A program made the translations under genes and the position numbers. The notes below the pieces were generated by a model that worked only from the letters and a program-made list of their open reading frames with translations, did not search any database and was not told where the DNA came from. Below, piece by piece: positions 30,010-40,926 of a stretch of 64,000 bases of DNA. The stretch lies in contig JANHCV010000011.1 in NCBI GenBank assembly GCA_025594325.1, positions 62,001-126,000 of the forward strand, given 5' to 3'. Source of the DNA: Blastocladiella emersonii ATCC 22665. Taxonomy: Eukaryota > Fungi > Blastocladiomycota. Position 1 is the first letter of the stretch. Each line of letters begins with the position of its first letter.

Positions 30010-30082
30010 CGAGCATACCAGGGTTCGAACCTGGGTCCTTCAGTGCCGGAAACTGACGCGGTATCCACTCCGCTATATGCCC
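30010..30082 (-). tRNA. tRNA-Arg(CCG)
   Basis: GGGCATA/TATGCTC acceptor; anticodon arm TCAGT-TTCCGGC-ACTGA; CCAGG-TTCGAAC-CCTGG T arm; TTTTT terminator. Confidence 0.93.
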
Positions 30083-30926
30083 ATGATACTTTGTGTACAC
30101 CGCATATACATATTCCTGTGTTAGCAAATGGGGTCTTGCCTGTACCTTTGTCCAGTGCCCCCTTGTCCCTCCCTGCCTGCACTTGTCGACAATGTGTTCA
30201 TTGTGCCAACTGGGGAAGTTGAGCAGGTTGATGGACCCTTGATTGACTTGGCAGATCAGCCAAGTTGAAACACACGCACCTCTGCTGGCCCAACCACAAG
30301 AGACGCGTTGAGTAATCATTCAAGTGGCACATGCTGTTGGCGCCACACCTCTGATCACCGCCAGCGGACTGCCTCGCCACAGGGTTGCACACTCACCTCA
30401 CACAAGTGTCTCCACTCCCTCTGGTTTTGTTCTGGATCGCTGCTACTATTAGCCACTAGGTGTGTTTCAGCTTTAGTAGGTTGTGTTGGTCTGTCAAACC
30501 TCTCGCCCAGTCCTGCTCCGCTTGTTGCCACTGAGTCTTTTCCTTGCTAACATGTTCTTCCATTTTGCAATTCCTGCCACCCTTGCTATCTCACTCGCCC
30601 CTCTTTGTCGCGCCAGCTGTAATTGCTGCCAGGTCATTCTTATTTCTAGCCAGCTGTTCCTTGTCTCTTCCTTTTCCTCTGCACCAAAGGTGCTGCCATT
30701 GCCATGTTCGCTCTCCCTCCACTCCCAATTATTGTCAAAATCCCCCCAAAACTATGTATATACGACCGTTGTTGTGCTGGACTTCTGCTACTTCAATGTG
30801 TTGGGTCGGTTTGCGGCTCTGTTCAATTGTGGTAACGGATATTCCTTACCTTTGCGCTATCTGTCACCACCTGGAGCCTCTCACAGAGGAAGGCTGCAAT
30901 GTGTGGCCTTGTCGCACAGCCTTCCT

Positions 30927-31343
30927 TGCAGGGCATCTACCACGTCGTTCATCACGTTGCTGCTTGAAGGAGCGCGTTGGTTTTGTTAATGTCACCCTCA
31001 CATACATATGGTTCTGAACAGCTCATGCTCGCCTGGATCGAGGAAGCCTGTTGCTCCAGTCATGTACACTCAGGGCGACCTCAAACAACCCGGAGCGTGA
31101 TGACGTTTGGTGGAAAAGACGCGCAAAATACGCGTGAAGTTGCGTCGCAATGATTGGCCACATGGGGTGCAAGACACGCAAGACATGGCTCACCTCTGAT
31201 TAGCCTGGCAAGAGCTGCGGCAAGAAAGCATGATTTGACAAAAGGGAATCGCGTACACTGGTATGCAGGGTACACGGGGAGGGGAATGAAGGACACAAAT
31301 GAGGTGGTGGAATACAGGAAGCGGGCGCCGCGCGTTTGCGCTC
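30927..31343 (-). mobile_element. Diverged fragment of the Pangu-like element (3' ends of both genes)
   Basis: Reverse complement aligns by eye to ~10460-10876 with many substitutions; includes the transposase end IYHVVHHVAA*. Confidence 0.85.
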
Positions 31344-31499
31344 AGGGGCCTCTCGTTCAGGCCGCAGCCTTTGTGACGTAATTGCGTCGCCAATGCTCAC
31401 GTGCCTCGCGCAACAGCCAGAATGGCTGCCGTTGCCGGTGCCTTCACCGCTCGCTCCGTTCGGGTGTCAACTGTGCGGGGCTTTGCCCAACTGCCCTCT

Positions 31500-33386
31500 C
31501 GCAGCGATCACTCAGCGCAACGGATGCGTTGTGGACGCGCGATTCAGGTAACTGCATGATTTATGAAGTGGAACACACGGAACTCGGTTCAGGTGCAGCA
31601 TCGCTGACTGAGACTGTGCTTCGGATCCGCGTTACATGGAGGGACATGAGAGAAAGGGTCGCGACAAGTCAGTACCGCGCGTTGGAGCTGTCCCGACACG
31701 CCTACTTCTCCCGCTTTTGCTCGCCTTCCTACTGTCGAGCTGGATCAAGTTGACTACGGACGGGACGGAGCAAACTGAATGTCGCTAACCGGACCGCTTT
31801 TCCAGCTCTGGGAGCAACTCATTGTGCAGCGAGCTGCGCTCACGCACACAAACGCGGCCGTCCACGCTTCAGTGATGGTGCCTTTGATGGAGCACTTGTG
31901 CGCGGCATGCTGGTTGGCCATGGGCGGCGAGTGCTTTCAAACGCGTCCCAGAATAGTCCTTACGCTTGCAGCGCTTGACCATCATGTGTTCAAGGCCGTT
32001 GAGCTCAAACGTGCGACGTGCGTGAGCGCGACGGGCTGCCGCTCGACCACGGACAGCGAGAAGTGCATATTGAGCGCGCCGTGGAGGGAGCAGCTGACGA
32101 CCGCAAAAATGGGCGAAAAAGACTTCCTTCACTTAGCGCGCGCTTCCAGCGACTCAACTTCCCCGCAGTCTCCCGCAACGCGACAAGCTTTCATCTAAGA
32201 AACCAGGCGACAATGTGACCGTGTGCATCGCATGTCACAATCTAGTTTTAGACCTCGAGCAAGCTTGGTTTCTCAGAAACGGACCAGGAGCGCTCAGATG
32301 AAGCGGGTCTACTGTGGAACGGTTGCGCAAGGTCGACGCGCGATAGGGCGGACCACGGGATGACGTTTGTTGAGACGTGGGACGCGTCAGCGCTAATCAA
32401 AATCGCGTGCATCATGATGCACGCATGGGCGGAGCGCTTTGTCTCGTTCGTCCCCACCTGGCAAAACTCGCTCATGCAGAAATACTCACTTCACGCAAAA
32501 CCTCGAGAACGGGAGGACTGTCAAGCTCGTGCTGACGCACGCCTGTCGGTGAGAAGCTGGCATCAGCGGCCGCGACGGCCTGCTCAGCCGACTTTTGCTC
32601 GCCTTCAGCTGCGCGGTGGCCGACGTGCACAAATTGCATGGGAAGCATATCAATGTCAAACGTCGTGATGATTCGCAGGCCGCATCAAATAGAGCTCGCC
32701 GACAAGGTGTTCTAGCGATTCAATAGCGCGTTCTGCCACCGGCCAAGTCGCAGCGATCATGAACAAAAGCGGTGAGCAGCACAGCCGATGGAGCCACGCA
32801 TGCTTGCGCTGGAACGAAGTCAGCTGCGTGCTCTGCTCAGAACATAGCTCGCACCTCATACCGCTGAGGTGGAGATATCGAGTAGCCACTCGCCGCGAAG
32901 GCTCACGCGGCTTCGTCGCTCCGCGTTGCTCAGCGCAAAGTCCCGCGGCAAATAACCAGGACGCGACGCGACGCTAGGCCTGGCAGGCACAACGGCAGTG
33001 TAGTAATAGCGGCGGCGGCGGCGGCGCACGAATAGCGAGTCCATCTACAGCAGGGGAAGGATAAGGACACATTGAGCAAGAATTTCGAGCTTGGGTCACC
33101 TCAGAGAACAAGGCATTGCAGCTCAGGCAACGTGAAAGCATCCTGCTGCATGCTTCTCCGCTCACGAGCTCGCTTAAGCAGCACTCGCGCAGCCTGAAGA
33201 GGACAGCGCGAAAGAGATGCCAACGGAACACCCAAGCCAACGGTCGAACGAAGCACAGCACAGCACTTCGCTGCGCGGGCTCCACCCAAAACGCCGCAGG
33301 AGAGACGGGACCAGCCTGCCGTCGGTTTCATGATTTATGATATCCATCGCATAGAGCAATTCAGCTTCATCGACTAAGGTGAGCAT
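31500..33386 (-). pseudogene. Possible degenerate multi-exon gene in the spacer
   Basis: Coding-like stretches (MLTLVDEAELLYAMDII.., MDSLFVRRR..DISTSA, ITTFDIDMLP..VLRE) bounded by GT../..AG-like sites; could not assemble an intact frame. Confidence 0.3.
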
Positions 33387-33417
33387 ATGGGAGGGGAGCA
33401 GTGCGGAAGCGAGAGCT

Positions 33418-33532
33418 GAAGCGAAGTGGCGCAACGTGACACGGGGAGTGATGTCATTGCGAAGAGTGTGACTGGAACGTGACGAAACGAGAGAAGAAAA
33501 TCGCGGTCACTATAGCTCGGGCAAAGCCCCGC
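33418..33532 (+). repeat. ~115-bp dispersed repeat shared with 4009-4124 (and its mirror)
   Basis: gaagcgaagtggcgcaacg..ggggagtgatgtca..gtgtgactg.aacgtgacgaaacgagag..gggcaaagccccgc in both places. Confidence 0.8.
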
Positions 33533-33535
33533 ACA

Positions 33536-33960
33536 AGTAAGGCGAGCGCAAACGCGCGGCGCCCGCTTCCTGTATTCCACCACCTCATTTGTGTCCTTCA
33601 TTCCCCTCCCCGTGTACCCTGCATACCAGTGTACGCGATTCCCTTTTGTCAAATCATGCTTTCTTGCCGCAGCTCTTGCCAGGCTAATCAGAGGTGAGCC
33701 ATGTCTTGCGTGTCTTGCACCCCATGTGGCCAATCATTGCGACGCAACTTCACGCGTATTTTGCGCGTCTTTTCCACCAAACGTCATCACGCTCCGGGTT
33801 GTTTGAGGTCGCCCTGAGTGTACATGACTGGAGCAACAGGCTTCCTCGATCCAGGCGAGCATGAGCTGTTCAGAACCATATGTATGTGAGGGTGACATTA
33901 ACAAAACCAACGCGCTCCTTCAAGCAGCAACGTGATGAACGACGTGGTAGATGCCCTGCA
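33536..33960 (+). mobile_element. Diverged Pangu-like fragment, right copy; homology extends 8 bp into the spacer
   Basis: agtaaggcgagcgcaaacgcgcggc vs 10454 agtaaggcgagcacaaacgcgcggc. Confidence 0.85.
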
Positions 33961-34804
33961 AGGAAGGCTGTGCGACAAGGCCACACATTGCAGCCTTCCT
34001 CTGTGAGAGGCTCCAGGTGGTGACAGATAGCGCAAAGGTAAGGAATATCCGTTACCACAATTGAACAGAGCCGCAAACCGACCCAACACATTGAAGTAGC
34101 AGAAGTCCAGCACAACAACGGTCGTATATACATAGTTTTGGGGGGATTTTGACAATAATTGGGAGTGGAGGGAGAGCGAACATGGCAATGGCAGCACCTT
34201 TGGTGCAGAGGAAAAGGAAGAGACAAGGAACAGCTGGCTAGAAATAAGAATGACCTGGCAGCAATTACAGCTGGCGCGACAAAGAGGGGCGAGTGAGATA
34301 GCAAGGGTGGCAGGAATTGCAAAATGGAAGAACATGTTAGCAAGGAAAAGACTCAGTGGCAACAAGCGGAGCAGGACTGGGCGAGAGGTTTGACAGACCA
34401 ACACAACCTACTAAAGCTGAAACACACCTAGTGGCTAATAGTAGCAGCGATCCAGAACAAAACCAGAGGGAGTGGAGACACTTGTGTGAGGTGAGTGTGC
34501 AACCCTGTGGCGAGGCAGTCCGCTGGCGGTGATCAGAGGTGTGGCGCCAACAGCATGTGCCACTTGAATGATTACTCAACGCGTCTCTTGTGGTTGGGCC
34601 AGCAGAGGTGCGTGTGTTTCAACTTGGCTGATCTGCCAAGTCAATCAAGGGTCCATCAACCTGCTCAACTTCCCCAGTTGGCACAATGAACACATTGTCG
34701 ACAAGTGCAGGCAGGGAGGGACAAGGGGGCACTGGACAAAGGTACAGGCAAGACCCCATTTGCTAACACAGGAATATGTATATGCGGTGTACACAAAGTA
34801 TCAT

Positions 34805-34877
34805 GGGCATATAGCGGAGTGGATACCGCGTCAGTTTCCGGCACTGAAGGACCCAGGTTCGAACCCTGGTATGCTCG
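34805..34877 (+). tRNA. tRNA-Arg(CCG), mirror copy
   Basis: Reverse complement of 30010-30082. Confidence 0.93.
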
Positions 34878-36201
34878 CTTTTTGCTATCACTGTCAGTAA
34901 GATTGTCGTGCTTTCCTTTCACGTTTTCGAGGAGAGTCATCATCACCCCACCTCGTTCATTTACTTTGTAACACGTGCACCAGAAATTGAAACAAACGGC
35001 ATCAGACTGCTGCGTATATGTAAGCGTCAATCCAAATAAGGCAAGTGCTGCAGAACTATGCGCTATGCAGCAGCTTATTGGGGCTTTGGCGTGTTTGTTG
35101 AGCCAGTGCGCGTTGACTGGTATTGATTGGAAGCCATTATAGGTGTCAAGTCCCAAGGGGAGTCGACCTGGTGTTGATGCAGAGCAGTAGATGAGGTGAG
35201 GATGCAGCTAGTCAGGGACGTGTATTCCTGCCTTTGGTCCCAAACCAGGGTGGGGTGAGGGGAGCGAGAATGACAACAGGGGGAACAGCGCTGCGGGGGC
35301 GCGGTGGGCCAGAGCAACAGTGCAGGCAATCACACGCAAAATCAAGTGGGCAGTTGCCACCCGCTCCCTGCTCAACGCGTAGCTTGACGCGTAACAATAG
35401 GGCGTACCAACAGCTAAGACGCCATTGCAATAGTTTTTTTTTTAGATAAATACATGGAGACTAGCCCCCTCCCCTCTCCTCCAAGATCTCTGCTGTTTGG
35501 TGTACCCATCAGCAGCAAGCCCCAAAAGTCCAAAGTAGGCTATTAGGACTCCTCGCTCCTCACTTGATGCGCATGAGCCTCACGCCCCCAAAGTAACTGT
35601 GTGTGATCCAACCTGGACGCTCCTCCCTTGGGCAGTCTGGTTTGCTCTCTGTAACGCTGAGGCACATGTCTGCTTTATGGGGGGGGGGGGCTCTGACCTT
35701 CCTGCATGAAGTTAAAAGCCATCAGGATTAACAATAGATGTGCGGGAGTGACGCGTCCTTGGCGCAAAGTGGAGGCGGCCTAGCAAAAAGGAGCGCTGTT
35801 GACGCGGCCATGTGAGTGGCGTTGGTCCTTTATGACTATTACAGAAATCCGTACAATGCGGTCTCTGTTGCTTCGTGAATACTGCATATCATAAAACGAT
35901 GTTTGTCACTAGTCAAGCGTGGTGTGGTTCTGCCAGTCCTTGAGTGGCTGCAGGACCAACACATGCTGCCGCCCCACATCCTATAACAAAAAATTGACAG
36001 AACTTAGGCCTCAACTGCAATGTTGTCACTGTTAGTCAGCTACCATTGGGAACCGCTGGTGCTATCACTGCGACATCAGAAAAAGAGTCAGGAAAGCGCA
36101 AATACCCTGCATTGGATAGCGTTTGGCATTGGTGCTGGTTAGTCGTCATTCTAAGAATAAATTGAATTGCGGCGCACCTAAGGTGTGAAGAACAAAAACC
36201 T

Positions 36202-36273
36202 GGGGTTGTAGCTCAGCGGTAGAGCGGTCGACTGCAGATCGACAGGTCCCGAGATCAATCCTCGGCGGCCCCT
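36202..36273 (+). tRNA. tRNA-Cys(GCA), mirror copy
   Basis: Reverse complement of 28613-28684. Confidence 0.9.
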
Positions 36274-39200
36274 TTTTTGACTCCTATTTGAGCGATTCCA
36301 ACGATAGCATATTTTACGGTTTTCTCCAAGACACAGAGACCTTCGGAGCTTGTGCAGTCAATTTCTTGTGGTTTGCGCCGTGGGATTACAGCCCAACATC
36401 TCTGTACTTGACAGCGGCCAGACCTTGTTGAACATAAATTGGTCACGCGGATAATACTGTAAATGGCGAGGTCGAGAAAGTGTCATTTAGGTGTAAGGTC
36501 AATTTCAAGATTTGGAAAAGAACTACGCTCAACCAGTGGGACTATGTGGGCCACTTGGCACACAAACTCCCACATATGAGTGACGCGGACAATAATGGTA
36601 GTGGCAGCCTCCAAGTTAGACAAGCCCCCCATCAGGTAAGTAATTAAATTGTCACGTTGGCCCAACTGGATGACACTTGCCCAACCTCGCTGGAGTCAGA
36701 CACGTCTTGCAGTTGGACCAGCAACCCTGCCTATGTATATACATTGAAGTCATTCAAGCCGCACAACTCTCATCTCAGCCCAAGGTCACAACCATGGCTT
36801 TGGTCTTCACCATGGTCACAGCGTCTTTGTCTTTCCCGTCCATCCCCTCTGGATCAGATTTTGCAGTACATGAAAGAAAATGATGGTTATTCGTGTTCTG
36901 AAGCTGAACCTGGCCTAAAAAGCCCGCAGATTCCAATGTATGGTATCAAGCAGTGCAAGTTTGATGATGCGGCCCACCAGGGCAGAACTTGGAAAAGCAT
37001 AGAATAGGGTACAGTAAATTCACGATTGAATCTCCAGGGTGGACAATCTCCCAATTTTTTGCGTGTACTCAGAGTAAATTTTTTATAGCCTTTTGGGTAG
37101 CTCTGTGGAGGCAGTTATACAACGTCTTTGAGTGTCAAACCAACCTGGCACAACCTTACCACACATCACTTTAGGCACATCATAGCTCACCTCAATGGGG
37201 GAGATCTAGGTACTGCAATCGTTGTTAAGTCCACCCGCTCTCCAAATACATTGTGTTTTGCTGTTTCCCAACCATGAGCACTAATTGGCGCGCCTCTCTT
37301 GCCTGCAGCAGCAATTGCTGGCCACCACGCAGCAATTGCTGCACCACCCTGTTCTTGGGCAGCATCTGCTCAGTTATTGCCGCTTGCGACCAAAGTGCGA
37401 CGCGGCGAGCTCGCGGGGCTAACCTCGCAGCCGATCTCGCAGCGAACTCACCGCTCATTCCTCTGCTCGGCCGCCCGCCTGGAAAAAAATGCTGAGCACC
37501 GCTCCACCGCTCGCGCGCTTCCCGCTCACCTCGCCTCCCTCCCTCGCCCGCATGTTCACCTCCCTCGTCGCTCAGCAGAAAATTAATAAACGCAGCTCTA
37601 TGCAAAGTAAATATCTTGACCCAACCCTGCTGGCACTCCCTCAGCACCTCAATTGAAGGTCGCCCTCTGCTCACGCAGGCGCCAGCTGCGCGGCAATGGT
37701 CCCAATCTACAACAGGGGCCGCCTATGACAGGGGCGCTGACGCATGGATGGAGATAATGTTGGGTGAAGGGGAACGTGCGCAGGAGTAGTTGATCGTGGT
37801 TGGGGGCCCGCGCTCGCGGCCAAGAGAATGTCAGGCAATGCGGCGCGCTTGGGCGTGACAATGCGCTCACGTACGAAGACCACACTGGGCGTCACCGCGC
37901 GCTCACGGACAAAGGTGATGCCCTTGTTGTCGCTTGACTCGTCCGCGTTGTCGACGGCCGCAGCCTCTCGCGCAGGCGGGTCGTTTGGCTGCGACGCGAC
38001 CGCTGCGCGTCGTCACGCTGGGCCAGACTCGTCCGCGTTGTTGACCGCAGCGGCCTCACGCGCAGCAGTTGCCGCCCAACGACGCGACCGCTGCGCGTCG
38101 CCACGCTGGGCCAGCGGCAGCGCGCCTCAAACGCCGTACAGGCCCGCGTGTTACTTTATGCTTCTGAGGCCGTGTGCGATCTCGGTCTTGTTGTAGGTGA
38201 GGAAGAAGAACTGGTCCAGCGTGGTGAAGATTGTGTTCTTGCCCGCGTGCTCAGACACAGCCCCCAAACAGCAACAAGCCGAGGCGGGCTTGCCAAACTC
38301 TTCGCCATCAAGCGGATCAACATCACGACCATCGCCGTTGTTGAGGCCTGGAAGCGGGCGGAACATACGCCGCGTTAACGCGTAGTTGCTTGAGGGAGCG
38401 GTATCTGTGGTTTGTTCGCCGCTGGCGCAACTCAGCGACGCAAGAGTGCGTGCGTTGTTAAACGAGAGCGAAAGGTACAACGAGCTTGTTGTCGTCAAGG
38501 TACACGACGCGAAACGCGAATGTAAGCCGCGCCGAGGCTGACGCAAGGAGGAAGCGTGAGATCGCGCCGTTTGGAGTAAGCGCGGGCAAAGTTGAGCCCA
38601 CGGGCGGCCTCGGCACAAAGCACGCCAGTTGCGTAACAAACTCGGCCTCACTGTCAACAGCGATCCATGAGCAGGCATGGATGCGCGCGTCTTGGCTGTT
38701 TGGGTCAATGGCGAAGCGAGGCAGTGGCGAATCCGCGGGAGGAACGTAGCGCCAATCAGAGGCAGCGGAGGACACTGTGTGGAAGCGACAAGTTATATTA
38801 CGGCTGCCCCCAAACCAGTGTTATGCTCCGAGGGCGGAGGGTGGCCGCAACAAACTAGGAGAGCTGGCAAAGTCAGCCACTCAGCGGTGCGGGGGGCGGG
38901 GGCCCGCTCAGGCGAATGTCGTAAATATGCGATGCATGGGTTTAAAATCGATTTATTGACACGCTGCTGGGAGAGAGAGAACACGCGAGCACTTGGGCTT
39001 TGGCGGAGGAGAGTGGCCACGACGCGTCGCCGGCAGCGGGGTGAGGTGGAAATCAAGCCCATGTGAGCGAGATCAGCTGCGGGGTGGGCCCACCTGGCGC
39101 ATTTTGGCTGCAAACGACAATAGTGACAGTGGCCTGCGTGTGGGTTGTATTAGGAGCAACATGCACTGGTTGGGCAACTCTTGGATAGTTCATTCACAGA

Positions 39201-40926
39201 CAATCCGCAGGCAATTGGCAGACAGTAGAAACTAACAGTGACTGTGTCTGAGGTAGTGCATTTCCAGTCCACTCGGGGCATCTTGTTGTGCATTGTTCCT
39301 GTTGCACACACCATGGAATACTGGACTGCAGAGCGTGCGTCTTGATAGCGGCGGCCCCCGTTCCTATATGCACTATGTTTCCGCATGAAACACACTCACA
39401 AATAAAATTGGCGACCAGTAGCGTTAGGAACTGTTCCCCTCCGTGCTGGGCTTTCAACCCCATCCCTCCCACCCCACCCCACCCCACCCCACCCCACCCC
39501 ACCCCACCCCACCCCACCCCACCCCACCCTCAACTCACCCAACCTCAACTCACCCTCAACTCACCCTCAACCTCAACTCAACCTCAACCCAAACCTCAAC
39601 TCAACCTCAACCCAAACCTCAACTCAACCTCAACCCAAACCTCAACTCAACTCAATCCACCAGCGCGTCAATGAGTGATACATGCGCTGCGGCGTTGTGG
39701 TTTATGCGTCGTTTGCGAGAGAACGCAGGATCAGGGAGGGATCTGAGAGGCGATCAAATCGAGCAAGGAGAGTAAGTATCACACAATAGGCGCGTCGGTT
39801 CAGCAGAGCGTCGTGATGCGGGACACGGGATATGGCGGCGAGACGACAAGCTTGCGAATCCTTACTGCGTTGCAGGGATAACACGTGCGCAGCAAATGCT
39901 CATTGAGCGACGTGGAGGGGCCAGCGGAGTTGGCGTGAAAGGAGCCCAATGCAGCCACGCTCATAGGGATCAACGCGGCCGCGATGGCCTGCTCATTGTT
40001 CGTCTGCAGAAAGTGGGGGCGGGGAACCGCATTGCGGGGGTTGACCTCAAAGTTGCCAAGCATCTGCGCGAGCGCAATGGCAAAGAGCTCAAGCTACGTC
40101 GCGTTGTCAACCAAGGCGGCGAATCCGATGCAATCACCGTCCACAATTGTGAACATGGGCGGCTTCTGCACCAAGTTGATGTGCTTCTCAATCGTCTTCG
40201 CGGCCTCTTTTGAGGAAAACGAGCGCCTTCTTTGAGATGGTGACGGCGGGCACGCCGTCCATGGCGCGGAACGCGGCGCAAGGGACGGCGAGTCCAGTGG
40301 ACCGCCAATCGCAACCAGATGCGCCGTAGCACGCTTTTGGCTGATCGAGACGGGCGTGTGCCACATCGGAGCCCCACACAAAGCGATTGGTGACAAGACC
40401 CACTGCACGGCCATCAGAATCGTCGCGAAATCGCTGCTCCTTCAACTCGAGCTTGGGCAGCGGGAGCGGGAAGGTCTCGGCCAGTCCGCAGTGGCGGACA
40501 TGGGGCAGTAGGCCAGCGGTGCACCGCGCGGCGCGACGAGCACGTTGGTTGGCGCCGCGCCGCGCAAGAGAAGCGACAAAATCCACGATCTCGCCCCGCT
40601 GGAGCGGCCAGGCGGGTGTCAGTGGCTGCCGAACATGATCGTCGCGGCCTTCTGCCTCTGCTTTGAAAGCCCAAGCGCGAGCGAACCTTCAGCCTCGCAA
40701 GGAACTCGCAGCGCTTGTGCGAGGCAAGCGGCTAGACTCACATGCAGGTAGTAGCCGGTGCGAAGAGCGTGTATTGACGGGCGGTGCGCGCGGTTGCTCA
40801 TGCGCAGGTTCTTCCTTCCCATCGGCCAATGGCTCCAGGTCGCTTTGGCTCAGCAACGACGGCTGCTCCACACGCAACAGCACTCGCGCCTGCAGGGTGT
40901 TGCGCCTCCAGCACTGGTTCCACACC

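Larger units (their letters stand above)
885..31343. repeat. Left arm of giant inverted repeat
   Basis: Every ORF, tRNA and TE mirrors at x' = 64885-x (outer), 64886-x (14.7-29.2 kb) or 64887-x (inner). Pairing ends at ...TTTGCGCTC 31343 / 33544 GAGCGCAAA. The window end caaagtagcgataaaa is the reverse complement of 885-900. Confidence 0.98.
31344..33543. other. Single-copy 2200-bp central spacer of the palindrome
   Basis: Symmetry breaks at 31344 (A) vs 33543 (C). The interior has no long mirror image and is not AT-rich. Confidence 0.95.
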
